Origin: Comamonadaceae bacterium
Lineage (GTDB): Bacteria > Pseudomonadota > Gammaproteobacteria > Burkholderiales > Burkholderiaceae_C
DNA: 64,000 bases
Direction of reading: 5' to 3'
NCBI GenBank assembly: GCA_947372865.1
Contig: CANBVJ010000001.1
Location: 81,772 to 145,771 of the forward strand
Shown: in pieces, positions 12,256 to 22,120 of the stretch
How the letters are laid out: each line of letters opens with the position of its first letter
Numbering within the stretch: position 1 is the first letter of the stretch
Translations under genes and position numbers: made by a program
The notes under the pieces: model-generated
Databases searched by the model: none
Told to the model about the DNA's origin: nothing
Seen by the model: only the letters and a program-made list of their open reading frames with translations

Positions 12256-13820
12256 GTCGCCTGCTGCGCGGCTGGGCCATTCTGCGGGTGGTGCTGCGCT
12301 ACGGCCTCGATGTGCTCTTGCTGCAAAGCCTGTCCAAGCCATGGCTGCAGCGTCTAGGGCGCCTGCTGGCCCTGGGGCGACGCCTGGACGCGCCGCGCGG
12401 TGAGCGCCTGCGCCAGGCGCTCGAAGACCTGGGCCCGATTTTTGTCAAGCTCGGGCAGGTCTTGTCCACCCGGCGCGACCTGCTGGCCCCCGACATAGCC
12501 CTGGAACTGGCCAAGCTGCAAGACCGGGTTCCGCCGTTTCCTTCTGAAGTGGCGGTGGCCGCTATCGAGCAGGCCCTGGGCAAACCACTGAACGAAATAT
12601 TTGCGTCCTTTGAACACACGCCGGTGGCCAGCGCCTCGATTGCACAGGTGCACTTTGCGGTGCTTCGCGACCGCACTGGGCGCGAACGCGAAGTGGCCGT
12701 CAAAGTGCTGCGCCCGGGCATGCTGGGTGCCATTGACAAAGACCTGGGCCTGATGCGCCTGATGGCCGATATTGTGGGCAGCCTGTCGGCGGACGGCCGA
12801 CGCCTCAAGCCGCGCGAGGTGGTGGCCGAATTTGACAAATACCTGCACGACGAGCTGGACCTGGTGCGCGAGGCGTCCAGCGCCGCCCAGTTGCGCCGCA
12901 ATATGGAGGGCTTGGACCTGGTCTTGATTCCGGAAATGCTCTGGGACCATTGCACCACCTCCGTGCTGGTGATGGAGCGCATGCACGGCGTGCCCATCAG
13001 CCAGGTGGACCGTCTGCGCGAGGCGGGGGTGGACATCCAGAAGCTGGCGCGCGACGGCGTGGTCCTGTTTTTTACGCAAGTATTTCGCGACGGCTTTTTC
13101 CATGCCGACATGCACCCGGGCAACATCCAGGTCAGCCTGGCGCCGGAAACCTTTGGCCGCTACATTTCGCTGGACTTTGGCATCGTGGGCACGCTCACCG
13201 AGGTGGACAAGGAATACCTGGCGCAAAACTTTGTCGCGTTTTTCCGGCGCGACTATAAGCGCGTGGCCGAGTTGCACATCGAGTCGGGCTGGGTGCCCGC
13301 AGTCACCCGGGTCGATGAGTTGGAGGCCGCAGTGCGCGCCGTGTGCGAGCCCTACTTTGACCGGCCCTTAAAGGAAATCTCGCTCGGGCTGGTGCTGATG
13401 CGCCTGTTTCAGACCTCGCGGCGTTTTCAGGTTGAAATCCAGCCCCAACTGGTGCTTTTGCAGAAAACCCTGCTCAATGTCGAAGGCCTGGGGCGCGACT
13501 TGGACCCCGACCTTGACCTGTGGGCCACGGCCAAGCCCTTTTTGGAGCAGTGGATGCTCAAGCAGGTCGGGCCAGAGCGTCTGTGGGATGAACTCAAGGC
13601 CCAGGCACCGCGCTACGCCAAGATCTTGCCCGACCTGCCGCTGCTGCTGCAAACCTATTTGCAGCGCGGCAGCGCGGACCCCAAGACGCACCAGTTGCTC
13701 GAACAAATGGTGCGCGAGCAAAAACGCACCCACCGCCTGATGCAGGCGCTGGTCTACACGCTGGGTGGTTTTGCCCTGGGCGCGCTGGGCATGCAGGTGA
13801 TCTGGCGACTCCATCTGTAA
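12252..13820 (+). CDS. ubiB: Ubiquinone biosynthesis regulatory kinase-like protein UbiB
   Basis: 522 aa ABC1/UbiB family ([36 protein letters not shown]) with C-terminal TM helices. Confidence 0.95.
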   Translation: MSRLLRGWAILRVVLRYGLDVLLLQSLSKPWLQRLGRLLALGRRLDAPRGERLRQALEDLGPIFVKLGQVLSTRRDLLAPDIALELAKLQDRVPPFPSEVAVAAIEQALGKPLNEIFASFEHTPVASASIAQVHFAVLRDRTGREREVAVKVLRPGMLGAIDKDLGLMRLMADIVGSLSADGRRLKPREVVAEFDKYLHDELDLVREASSAAQLRRNMEGLDLVLIPEMLWDHCTTSVLVMERMHGVPISQVDRLREAGVDIQKLARDGVVLFFTQVFRDGFFHADMHPGNIQVSLAPETFGRYISLDFGIVGTLTEVDKEYLAQNFVAFFRRDYKRVAELHIESGWVPAVTRVDELEAAVRAVCEPYFDRPLKEISLGLVLMRLFQTSRRFQVEIQPQLVLLQKTLLNVEGLGRDLDPDLDLWATAKPFLEQWMLKQVGPERLWDELKAQAPRYAKILPDLPLLLQTYLQRGSADPKTHQLLEQMVREQKRTHRLMQALVYTLGGFALGALGMQVIWRLHL

Positions 13821-13877
13821 TAGTCGGCCACCTATAATCAAAGGCTTTGCCACCTGACTGTTAGAGGCCACCACGCC

Positions 13878-14231
13878 ATGCCGATTTACGCCTACAAGTG
13901 CGACGCCTGCGGCTTTGCCAAGGACGTGCTCCAAAAGATGTCCGACGACACGCTCACCGACTGCCCGAGCTGCGGCAAAGCCGAATTCAAAAAGCAGGTC
14001 ACGGCTGCGGGCTTCCAGCTCAAGGGCTCTGGCTGGTACGTGACCGATTTCCGGGGTGACAAAAACGCGCCCGCCACCGCCGTGCCCCCTGCAACCGGCG
14101 GCGCCAGTGAATCTGCTTCATCGTCTGAGGCGGCAGCGCCCGCGCCTGCCGCAGCACCGGCGGCAAGCGCACCTGCGGCAGCAAGCACGCCCGCAGCCAG
14201 CGGCCCCAGTACCGCCCCGGCGGCGACTTGA
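13878..14231 (+). CDS. FmdB-family zinc-ribbon regulatory protein
   Basis: MPIYAYKCDACGF...CPSCG N-terminus followed by an Ala/Pro/Ser low-complexity tail. Confidence 0.85.
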   Translation: MPIYAYKCDACGFAKDVLQKMSDDTLTDCPSCGKAEFKKQVTAAGFQLKGSGWYVTDFRGDKNAPATAVPPATGGASESASSSEAAAPAPAAAPAASAPAAASTPAASGPSTAPAAT

Positions 14232-14917
14232 GCGCTTTACCGCCCTCTGACAGGACTACCGTGCCCTTTAAAAAATACCTGCTCACCGGCCTGATGGTCT
14301 GGCTACCGCTGGCCATCACGATTTGGGTTTTGCTGTGGATGACCAGCGTGCTCGACGGCTTGTTTGGCAGCTTTTTGCTGGCCTTGTCTGCCGTCAGCTC
14401 GGAAGCGGTGGGCGTTTCGCTGGAGCGCTTGCACCATATTCCGGGCCTGGGCGTGGTGCTGGTGCTGGGTTTTATGCTGGTAACCGGCGCGCTGGTGTCC
14501 AACGTGGCTGGGCGCTGGTGGCTCAAGCAGTGGGACCGTATGTTTACCCACATTCCGGTCGTCAAGTCGATTTACAACAGCGTGAAAAAGGTGTCTGACA
14601 CCTTGTTTTCGAGCAACGGCAACGCCTTTCGCACCGCCTTGCTGGTACAGTTTCCGCGTCCGGGCAGTTGGACGATTGCCTTTCAGACGGGCGTGCCCGA
14701 CGGCGAAGTGGCCCAGTATTTGCCTGGCGACTTCATCAGCGTCTACGTGCCCACCACCCCCAACCCGACCGGCGGCTACTTTTTGCTGCTGCCGCGCGCC
14801 GAGGTGATTGAATTGCAGATGAGCGTCGATGAGGCGCTGACCTACGTTATTTCCATGGGATCGGTCTCGCCCACGGCGCATCCTGCTCCCGTGGCGCCTG
14901 TCGCTCCGAAATCCTGA
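14228..14917 (+). CDS. DUF502-domain membrane protein
   Basis: 229 aa with two N-terminal TM helices and the conserved P.VK.IY..VK and GY block. The track start is TTG 14228 and GTG 14261 is an alternative. Confidence 0.8.
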   Translation: MSALPPSDRTTVPFKKYLLTGLMVWLPLAITIWVLLWMTSVLDGLFGSFLLALSAVSSEAVGVSLERLHHIPGLGVVLVLGFMLVTGALVSNVAGRWWLKQWDRMFTHIPVVKSIYNSVKKVSDTLFSSNGNAFRTALLVQFPRPGSWTIAFQTGVPDGEVAQYLPGDFISVYVPTTPNPTGGYFLLLPRAEVIELQMSVDEALTYVISMGSVSPTAHPAPVAPVAPKS

Positions 14918-14958
14918 TTTTTACCCCTGATTGCCCGCTTGGGCACTGAAAGCACGCT

Positions 14959-16773
14959 ATGGCCATGCGCTCCCACTATTGCGGTCTTGTGACCGATGCC
15001 CTGTTGGGCCAAACCGTTTCCCTCTGCGGCTGGGTCAACCGCCGCCGCGACCATGGCGGTGTGATTTTTGTGGACCTGCGCGACCGCGAAGGCTACGTCC
15101 AAGTGGTCTGCGACCCCGACCGCGCCGAGATGTTCAAGACGGCTGAAGGCGTGCGCAACGAGTTTTGCGTGCAGATCAAGGGTCTGGTGCGCGCGCGCCC
15201 TGAGGGAACGGTCAACGACAACCTCAAAAGCGGCAAGATCGAAGTGCTGTGCCACGAACTCATCGTGCTCAATCCTTCGGTCACTCCCCCGTTCCAGATT
15301 GACGACGACAACCTGTCCGAGACCACGCGCCTGACGCACCGGGTGCTCGATCTGCGCCGCCCCTACATGCAAAACAACCTGATGCTGCGTTACCGCGTGT
15401 CCATGGAAGTGCGCAAGTTTTTGGACGCCAACGGTTTTGTCGACATCGAAACCCCCATGCTGACCAAGAGCACGCCCGAAGGCGCGCGTGACTATCTGGT
15501 GCCCAGCCGCGTGCACGACGGCCAGTTTTTTGCGCTGCCCCAAAGCCCCCAGCTCTTCAAGCAGCTGCTGATGGTGGCCGGCTTTGACCGCTACTACCAG
15601 ATCACCAAGTGCTTCCGCGACGAAGACCTGCGTGCCGACCGCCAGCCTGAATTTACCCAGATCGATATCGAAACCTCCTTCTTGGACGAGCAGGAAATCC
15701 GTGACATGTTCCAGGGCATGATCACTACGGTGTTCAAAAACACCATTGGCGTGGACCTGGGCGAATTCCCGGTGATGAGCTACGCCGACGCCATGCACAT
15801 CTATGGCTCGGACAAGCCCGATTTGCGCGTCAAGCTGCAGTTCACCGAAGTCACGGACGTGATGGCTGACGTGGACTTCAAGGTGTTCTCGGGCGCGGCC
15901 AACATGAAGGGCGGCCGTGTCGTTGCACTGCGCGTGCCTGGTGGCTCGGTTGAAGGCGGCGGCATCAGCCGCGGCGAGATCGACGCGTACACCGAGTTCG
16001 TCAAGATTTACGGCGCCAAGGGCCTCGCTTACATCCGTGTCAACGACATCACCAAAGGTCGTGATGGTTTGCAAAGCCCCATCGTCAAAAACATCCACGA
16101 CAAGGCGATTGCCGAAGTGCTCGCACGGACCGGTGCGCAAGACGGCGACCTGATTTTCTTTGGCGCAGACAAGGAAAAAATCGTCAACGACGCCATTGGC
16201 GCACTGCGCCTCAAGGTGGGCCACAGCGAGTTTGGCAAAAAGAACGGCCTCTTTGAGACCGGTTGGCGCCCGATGTGGGTGGTGGACTTTCCGATGTTTG
16301 AGTACGACGAAGAAGCGCAGCGCTACACCGCCACGCACCACCCGTTTACCGCGCCCAAAGACGGCCACGAAGACTGGATGGTTACCACGCCCGAGAAGTG
16401 CATCTCCAAGGGCTACGACATGGTGTTGAACGGCTGGGAAATGGGCGGCGGCTCGGTGCGTATCCACCGCGCTGACGTGCAGCAAAAAGTGTTTGACGCA
16501 CTCAAGATCAGCCCGGATGAGGCGCAACTCAAGTTCGGCTTTTTGCTCGACGCCCTGCAATACGGCGCGCCCCCGCACGGTGGCTTGGCCTTTGGCCTGG
16601 ACCGCGTGGTCACCCTCATGACCGGTGCCGAGTCGATCCGCGACGTGATTGCCTTCCCCAAAACCCAGCGCGCCCAGTGTTTGCTCACGCAAGCGCCCAG
16701 CCCGGTGGACGAGAAGCAGCTGCGCGAACTGCACATTCGCCTGCGCACGGTGGAGGCGGCCAAGCCAGCGTAA
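14959..16773 (+). CDS. aspS: Aspartyl-tRNA synthetase
   Basis: 604 aa class II aaRS ([36 protein letters not shown]). An alternative ATG lies two codons later. Confidence 0.97.
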   Translation: MAMRSHYCGLVTDALLGQTVSLCGWVNRRRDHGGVIFVDLRDREGYVQVVCDPDRAEMFKTAEGVRNEFCVQIKGLVRARPEGTVNDNLKSGKIEVLCHELIVLNPSVTPPFQIDDDNLSETTRLTHRVLDLRRPYMQNNLMLRYRVSMEVRKFLDANGFVDIETPMLTKSTPEGARDYLVPSRVHDGQFFALPQSPQLFKQLLMVAGFDRYYQITKCFRDEDLRADRQPEFTQIDIETSFLDEQEIRDMFQGMITTVFKNTIGVDLGEFPVMSYADAMHIYGSDKPDLRVKLQFTEVTDVMADVDFKVFSGAANMKGGRVVALRVPGGSVEGGGISRGEIDAYTEFVKIYGAKGLAYIRVNDITKGRDGLQSPIVKNIHDKAIAEVLARTGAQDGDLIFFGADKEKIVNDAIGALRLKVGHSEFGKKNGLFETGWRPMWVVDFPMFEYDEEAQRYTATHHPFTAPKDGHEDWMVTTPEKCISKGYDMVLNGWEMGGGSVRIHRADVQQKVFDALKISPDEAQLKFGFLLDALQYGAPPHGGLAFGLDRVVTLMTGAESIRDVIAFPKTQRAQCLLTQAPSPVDEKQLRELHIRLRTVEAAKPA

Positions 16774-16791
16774 AGCGGCCTGAGCGCACAG

Positions 16792-16819
16792 AAAAAAGCC
16801 ACCTTAGGGTGGCTTTTTT
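16792..16819. terminator. Bidirectional rho-independent terminator between aspS and the convergent gene
   Basis: AAAAAA-GCCACC-TTAG-GGTGGC-TTTTTT: a perfect 6-bp GC stem flanked by an A-run and a T-run. Confidence 0.8.
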
Positions 16820-16827
16820 GCGCCTTT

Positions 16828-17445
16828 CTATCCGGCGTGGCGAACGCCTAGGGCTTGCAGATAGGCCGCGCGCGTGGCTGGCGCCACCGCCGCCAGCAGT
16901 TGCACGTAATGCGTCTGGTGCCGTGCAAACATGCGGGCCGACGCCACTACTTTGGAGCGGCAAAACCAGTGGCAGCTGTGCTGCAAGAGCAGCAATTCGG
17001 CGCTGAGACGAAACGCGCGGTCGCGCGCCGACAAATTTGTCTGGTTCGCAATGCCGCTTGCGATGCCTTGGGTGTGCACGCGCAGCAGGGCGCGCAGATC
17101 AAAGCTGGCGCCGGGCAGCCAATGCACCGCCAGCGGCAGGCTCAAGGGCAAGGTGCTGGCGCGCCAGGCGCCGCCCTGGTCTTTGGCCAGGTCTTGCTGC
17201 AGTTGCTGTAACTGGCCGCCCAGCCGCTCCTCGTGCTGGCCCATCACCTGCCAGATGCTGCTGCGCCGTTCGGGGTCGCTTTCGCCCATGGCGCGCAGGT
17301 AGCCCTGGGTCAGGGTTTCCATCAGCGATTCGATTTGGTAGTTGCGCAAATAGCGCCCCAAAAGCGCAATGCGCTGGCGCTGCTCCAGCGCGTTGCGCAT
17401 TTGCAAGCTGAAAGCCAGCACGGCAAAAAAGACCAGAACACTCAT
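16828..17445 (-). CDS. Hypothetical N-terminally anchored protein
   Basis: 205-aa ORF with one N-terminal hydrophobic helix (MSVLVFFAVLAFSL). ATG verified at 17445-17443. No recognisable family. Confidence 0.5.
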   Translation of the reverse strand: MSVLVFFAVLAFSLQMRNALEQRQRIALLGRYLRNYQIESLMETLTQGYLRAMGESDPERRSSIWQVMGQHEERLGGQLQQLQQDLAKDQGGAWRASTLPLSLPLAVHWLPGASFDLRALLRVHTQGIASGIANQTNLSARDRAFRLSAELLLLQHSCHWFCRSKVVASARMFARHQTHYVQLLAAVAPATRAAYLQALGVRHAG

Positions 17446-17479
17446 AGGGGTGGCACGTAAAAAGGGAGGTAACTTTGGT

Positions 17480-18148
17480 TTATACCCGCATGGCCAGTGC
17501 GTCCAGCGCGATGCTGTGGACTATGCGCACGCCCTCGGGCGCCTCGTAATCGGCGAATACGCAGGCGCGCTCGCTGTCTTGCGCAGCGTGGTTCAGCCAG
17601 GCTTTTACGCAGGCGATAGAGCGCTGGTCCAGCGCGGCAAAGGGCTCGTCTATCAATGTCAGGCGGCAGCGGCTGGCAAAGGCGCCGGCCAGCCAGACCT
17701 TTCGCTTGCTGCCCGTTGACAGCATGTACAGGGGCTTGTCCAGCTGCTCGCTCAGCCCCAGATCTTGCACCAGCGCGTCCAGGTCAGGCTGCGAAAAGTC
17801 GGCGTGGCGCGCGTGCAGTAGTTCAAAGTAAGTCCGTGCCGCAATCGCGTCGTGCTGAGCGTCGCGCGGGTCCATCCAGTAGACGCAGGGCGCCGGAGCT
17901 TGCCTCAAGGATTGCGCTGGATCAAGCCATAGCCATTCAACGGCGCCTTTTTGCGCGGGCACAACCCTGGCCAGCAGGAGCAAAAGGCTGGTTTTGCCGC
18001 AGCTCTCACCGCCGTGCACCAGGTTCAAGCCGGGGTGGATGATGAGGTTTAGACCGGAAAAAACTGGACTGGTGCCATAGGAGAAATGCAGATCGTGCAC
18101 CCGTGCCAGCAGCGCGGGAGCAGAGGCGGGCAGGGTGTGTTCTGGCAT
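17480..18148 (-). CDS. Stand-alone ABC-type ATPase (no adjacent permease)
   Basis: 222 aa. Walker A GGESCGKTS, signature-like LSTGSKRKV, Walker B LTLIDEPFAALD. Confidence 0.75.
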   Translation of the reverse strand: MPEHTLPASAPALLARVHDLHFSYGTSPVFSGLNLIIHPGLNLVHGGESCGKTSLLLLLARVVPAQKGAVEWLWLDPAQSLRQAPAPCVYWMDPRDAQHDAIAARTYFELLHARHADFSQPDLDALVQDLGLSEQLDKPLYMLSTGSKRKVWLAGAFASRCRLTLIDEPFAALDQRSIACVKAWLNHAAQDSERACVFADYEAPEGVRIVHSIALDALAMRV

Positions 18149-18235
18149 GGCGCGCTATCCTAACGCAGGCTGCGAACGCGGCTTTTCCGGTCCGCCCGCC
18201 CAGTGCACAATGGTCGGGACCTTGTCTTTTTCACC

Positions 18236-18727
18236 ATGCCCCACCCTTTCAAAATTCCCGTATCCGTGCTGGTGGTGATCTACACCCCGAGTTTGGACGT
18301 GTTGCTGATCCGCCGCACCGAACCCGACCCGCAAGCGAGCGCGTTCTGGCAATCGGTCACCGGCAGCAAAGACGCCTTGGATGAGCCCTTTGCGCTCACC
18401 GCCGCCCGCGAGGTGTTGGAAGAAACCGGCATCGACTGCTACCCGCACAGCGCCTTGGGCGATCAACTGCAAGACTGGCAGTTAGAGAACGTCTACGCCA
18501 TTTACCTGCGCTGGTTGCACCGCTATGCGCCGGGCGTGGTGTTCAACACCGAACGCCTGTTTGGCCTGCAAGTGCCCGCGGGTACGCCGGTGCGGCTTGA
18601 TCCGCGCGAACATACGCATTACCAGTGGCTGCCTTACCAAGAGGCAGCGCATGCCTGCTTTTCGCCATCCAACGCCGAGGCCTGCGCCCTCTTGCCGCGC
18701 TTTGCAAATGCGGGGGCGCAGCCATGA
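18236..18727 (+). CDS. nudB: NUDIX hydrolase, dihydroneopterin triphosphate diphosphatase-like
   Basis: Nudix box GSKDALDEPFALTAAREVLEETGI. Size and N-terminus (FKIPVSVLVVIYT) resemble NudB. Start set to ATG 18236. Confidence 0.8.
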   Translation: MPHPFKIPVSVLVVIYTPSLDVLLIRRTEPDPQASAFWQSVTGSKDALDEPFALTAAREVLEETGIDCYPHSALGDQLQDWQLENVYAIYLRWLHRYAPGVVFNTERLFGLQVPAGTPVRLDPREHTHYQWLPYQEAAHACFSPSNAEACALLPRFANAGAQP

Positions 18728-19560
18728 GCCAGTTGGTGCGGGTGGTGACCTACAACATTCACAAGGGCGTGCGCGGCGTGGGGCCAGGGCGCAGCTTGGA
18801 GATCCATAACCTGGGCCACGCCATTTCCCGCTTTGGCGCGGACCTGGTGTGTCTGCAAGAGGTGCGCAAGCTGCACCGGGGCGAGGAGAAGTTTTTTGCC
18901 CACTGGCCCGCGCTGCCGCAGGCCGACTTTTTGGCGCCCGAAGGCTATACCGCCGTCTACCGCACCAACGCCGTCACCCGCCACGGCGAGCACGGTAACG
19001 CGGTGTTGTCGCGCTGGCCGGTGCTGGCCCACCAGCACGAGGACATGTCCGACCACCGCTTTGAGCAGCGTGGTCTGTTGCACGCCGAAATGACGGTACA
19101 CAGCCAAAGCGTGCACGTGCTGGTGGTGCATCTGGGCCTGGTGCGCGCCAGCCGCCAGCGCCAGTTGCAGCAGCTGTGCCGCTACATTGTCCGCGAAATC
19201 GCCCCCCAGGCGCCGCTGCTGGTGGCGGGCGACTTCAACGAATGGGGCCCGCTGCTGGACCGCGAACTCGGCAGCGCCGGCCTGTCGTCCTGGCGCCAAA
19301 AGGGCTACGCCACTTTTCCGTCGCGCCTGCCCTTGCTGCAGCTTGACCACGTCTACGCCCGCGGCCTGCGCCCGCTGCGCCTGGAGGTGCCACGCGGCGG
19401 GCTGTGGACCAAGATGTCCGACCATCTGCCGCTGATTGCTGAGTTTGAACTGCCGCCCTCTGCGCCATCGGCGCAGGCGGTCCAGCCCACGCCATCGGCG
19501 CAGGTGGTCCGGTCCACGCCGTCAGCGCCAGATGCCAAGGGTGCGCCACTGGCGGCCTGA
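18724..19560 (+). CDS. Endonuclease/exonuclease/phosphatase (EEP) family protein, YbhP-like
   Basis: VVTYNIHKG...LCLQEV...SDHLPL motifs. The ATG at 18724 overlaps the nudB stop. It precedes clsB, matching my recollection of the E. coli ybhP-clsB arrangement. Confidence 0.8.
   Translation: MSQLVRVVTYNIHKGVRGVGPGRSLEIHNLGHAISRFGADLVCLQEVRKLHRGEEKFFAHWPALPQADFLAPEGYTAVYRTNAVTRHGEHGNAVLSRWPVLAHQHEDMSDHRFEQRGLLHAEMTVHSQSVHVLVVHLGLVRASRQRQLQQLCRYIVREIAPQAPLLVAGDFNEWGPLLDRELGSAGLSSWRQKGYATFPSRLPLLQLDHVYARGLRPLRLEVPRGGLWTKMSDHLPLIAEFELPPSAPSAQAVQPTPSAQVVRSTPSAPDAKGAPLAA
19464..19529 (+). repeat. About 2.4 copies of a 27-nt tandem repeat in the 3' end of the EEP gene
   Basis: gccatcggcgcaggcggtccagcccac / gccatcggcgcaggtggtccggtccac / gccgtcagcgcc. 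It encodes the repeated PSAQ.V tail. Confidence 0.7.
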
Positions 19561-19562
19561 CC

Positions 19563-20777
19563 ATGGTGCACACCCACTTCAACCACCACCAGCAGGTGCG
19601 CCTGCTGCAGGGGGCGGTGGAGTTGTTTGCTGCGGTGATTGCCGCGGTGGACGCCAGCGCCACGGAGGTGCGGCTGGAAACCTATATCTTCAACTTTGAC
19701 AGCCAGGGCGAACGCCTGGCGCAGGCGCTGGTGCGAGCAGCAGAGCGTGGCGTGGCGGTGTACTTGGTGGTGGACGGCATTGGTACGCCGGCGCTGCCGC
19801 CGTCCTGGGCGCAGCGCTTTAATGCGGCGGGCTTGCAGTGGCATCGCTTTTCGCCACTGGGGTTTTTGGGCGTGTTTCGGCCCGGGCGCTGGCGGCGGCT
19901 GCACCGCAAGCTTTGCGTGGTTGATGGTACGGTGGCGTTTTGCGGTGGCATCAATGTGCTGGATGATTGGCTTGACCCCTATTACGGCGCGCTGAAAAGC
20001 CCGCGGTTTGATTTTGCGGTGCAAGTGCGCGGCGTGTTGGCCCAGGAAGTGCAACAGGCCATGGAACAGTTTTGGGCGCGCCTGGACCTGGCGCGCCAGG
20101 TCGAGCACCTGCAATGGAAGCAGGCGCGCCGCTTGCTGGCCCAGGCCGCACCCCACCCGGCGCCGCCCGAATCCACGCCACCGGCACCGGTGCCAGGGGA
20201 TGGCGTGTGGGCGGCCCTGGTCTTGCGCGACAACCTGTTGCACCGCAGCCGCATTGAGCAGGCCTACCGCAAGGCCATTGCCGACGCCCGCAGCGAGGTG
20301 TTGATTGCCAGCGCGTATTTCGTGCCGGGGCGCAAACTGCGCCATGCCTTGGTGCATGCGGCCCAACGCGGCGTGCGGGTGCGGGTGCTGTTGCAAGGGC
20401 GCTATGAGTACTTCATGCAGTACCACGGTGCCCGCACGGTCTACGGCGTGCTGATGGACGCTGGCGTCGAGATTTACGAATACACCGGCGGCTTTTTGCA
20501 TGCCAAGGTGGCGGTGGTGGACCGGCGCTGGGCCACCGTGGGCTCAAGCAACCTGGACCCCTTGAGCCTGCTGCTCGCGCGCGAGGCCAATGTGGTGGTG
20601 CGCGACGGCCCGTTTGCGCTGCTCTTGCGCCAGCGCCTGCTCAAGGCGCTGCTGCACCAGTCGGTGCGCGTGGACCCGGCCGCGTACGCGCAGCGCGGGC
20701 GCTGGCAGCGCAGCCTGGACTTGCTGGCGCTGGGCCTGATGCGGGTGGTTTTGTTTCTGATCGGTCGCGCGTACTGA
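19563..20777 (+). CDS. clsB: Cardiolipin synthase ClsB (PLD superfamily)
   Basis: 404 aa with two HKD motifs (HRKLCVVDG and HAKVAVVDRRWATVGSSNLD). Confidence 0.9.
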   Translation: MVHTHFNHHQQVRLLQGAVELFAAVIAAVDASATEVRLETYIFNFDSQGERLAQALVRAAERGVAVYLVVDGIGTPALPPSWAQRFNAAGLQWHRFSPLGFLGVFRPGRWRRLHRKLCVVDGTVAFCGGINVLDDWLDPYYGALKSPRFDFAVQVRGVLAQEVQQAMEQFWARLDLARQVEHLQWKQARRLLAQAAPHPAPPESTPPAPVPGDGVWAALVLRDNLLHRSRIEQAYRKAIADARSEVLIASAYFVPGRKLRHALVHAAQRGVRVRVLLQGRYEYFMQYHGARTVYGVLMDAGVEIYEYTGGFLHAKVAVVDRRWATVGSSNLDPLSLLLAREANVVVRDGPFALLLRQRLLKALLHQSVRVDPAAYAQRGRWQRSLDLLALGLMRVVLFLIGRAY

Positions 20778-20899
20778 AAACGGGTGCGTTGCTATAAAAA
20801 ATAGAGCTCAAACATCAACGGCGACTGGGGTTTTTGGAGTGCTTTGGGGCTATTCAAACGCTGGTAACATGGTCTGTTGCCAATCAAACCACCATTGCC

Positions 20900-21601
20900 A
20901 TGACTCCACCCGACGAGGACGTTGGAACCCCGGTTTCCGTCAAAATTCGCGAGCGCATTGTTGCCTCACGCAAGCGCTTTAATGCCAATGACAATATTGC
21001 TGATTTTGTGCAGCCCGGCGAACTCGCCGCCTTGCTCGACGAAGTTGAAGTCAAGATGCAAGGCGTGCTCGACAGCCTGGTGATTGACACCCAGAACGAC
21101 CACAACACCGGTAACACTGCCCGCCGCGTAGCCAAGATGTACCTCAACGAGGTGTTTCGTGGCCGCTACGTGCACGCGCCCACCATCACCGAGTTCCCCA
21201 ACGCCGAGCATTTGAACGAGCTGATGATCGTTGGCCCCATTACCGTGCGCAGCGCCTGCAGCCACCATTTTTGCCCGGTGATCGGCCAGATCTGGATTGG
21301 CGTGCTGCCCAACGAACACACCAACGTCATCGGCCTGAGCAAGTACGCGCGCCTGGCAGAGTGGGTGATGGGCCGGCCCCAGATCCAGGAAGAAGCCGTG
21401 GTGCAACTGGCCGACCTGATCCAGGAAAAAACCCAGCCCGACGGCCTGGCCATCGTCATGGAGGCCAGCCACTTCTGCATGTCCTGGCGCGGCGTCAAAG
21501 ACATGGACAGCAAGATGATCAACTCCGTGATGCGCGGCGTGTTCCTCAAAGACTCCAATTTGCGCCGTGAGTTTTTGGCGCTCCTTCCCAAGAAAGGCTG
21601 A
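20900..21601 (+). CDS. folE: GTP cyclohydrolase I
   Basis: Conserved TPRRVAKMY-like NTARRVAKMY, the CSHHFCP zinc site and EASHFCMSWRGV. Start set to ATG 20900. Confidence 0.9.
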   Translation: MTPPDEDVGTPVSVKIRERIVASRKRFNANDNIADFVQPGELAALLDEVEVKMQGVLDSLVIDTQNDHNTGNTARRVAKMYLNEVFRGRYVHAPTITEFPNAEHLNELMIVGPITVRSACSHHFCPVIGQIWIGVLPNEHTNVIGLSKYARLAEWVMGRPQIQEEAVVQLADLIQEKTQPDGLAIVMEASHFCMSWRGVKDMDSKMINSVMRGVFLKDSNLRREFLALLPKKG

Positions 21602-21604
21602 CCC

Positions 21605-22027
21605 ATGCTTGTACGTTTGCTTTATGCCAGCCGCGCGGTGGACCCCGCTGCGGTGGCGATCGATGAAATTTTGGCCAAATCGCGCCAGGGCAACCCCAGC
21701 TCAGGCATTACCGGCATCCTGTGTTACGGCGGCGGCATCTTTTTGCAGGCCATTGAAGGCGGCCGCCTGGCCGTCAGCGAGCTGTACGGCCACATCCAGC
21801 GCGACGCGCGCCACAAAGACGTGGTGCTGCTGCATTACGAAGAAATTTCGGAGCGACGCTTTAGCGGCTGGACCATGGGCCAGGTCAATATGTCCAAGAT
21901 CAACGCCAGCATCTTGCTGAAATACGCCGAAAAGCCCGAGCTCGACCCTTACAGCGTCTCAGGCAAAGTGTCGCTGGCGCTGCTCGAAGAGCTGATGGCC
22001 ACGGCTTCGATCATCGGACGCGCCTAA
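21605..22027 (+). CDS. Short BLUF-domain blue-light FAD photoreceptor
   Basis: 140 aa. It carries the BLUF signature residues: Tyr in LLYASRA, ITGILCY, Gln in FLQAIEG, and Trp/Met in FSGWTMG. It starts 3 nt after the folE stop. Confidence 0.9.
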   Translation: MLVRLLYASRAVDPAAVAIDEILAKSRQGNPSSGITGILCYGGGIFLQAIEGGRLAVSELYGHIQRDARHKDVVLLHYEEISERRFSGWTMGQVNMSKINASILLKYAEKPELDPYSVSGKVSLALLEELMATASIIGRA

Positions 22028-22120
22028 ATTTCCACGGGCCTTACCTCGGCCGCGCCGCTCGGCCTGGCACCGCTGCTGGGCTGCGATTTCTCCAGCGCCC
22101 CAAGCCGGCGCAAGCAAATC

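Noticed and set aside
20778-20899. Possible folate (THF-II / folE-motif) riboswitch in the 122-nt leader of folE, including a GCTAT-AAAAA-ATAG inverted repeat.
   Set aside because: I cannot reproduce the riboswitch consensus from memory and see no convincing conserved helices. A covariance-model scan (Rfam) would be needed, so it is not reported as a feature.
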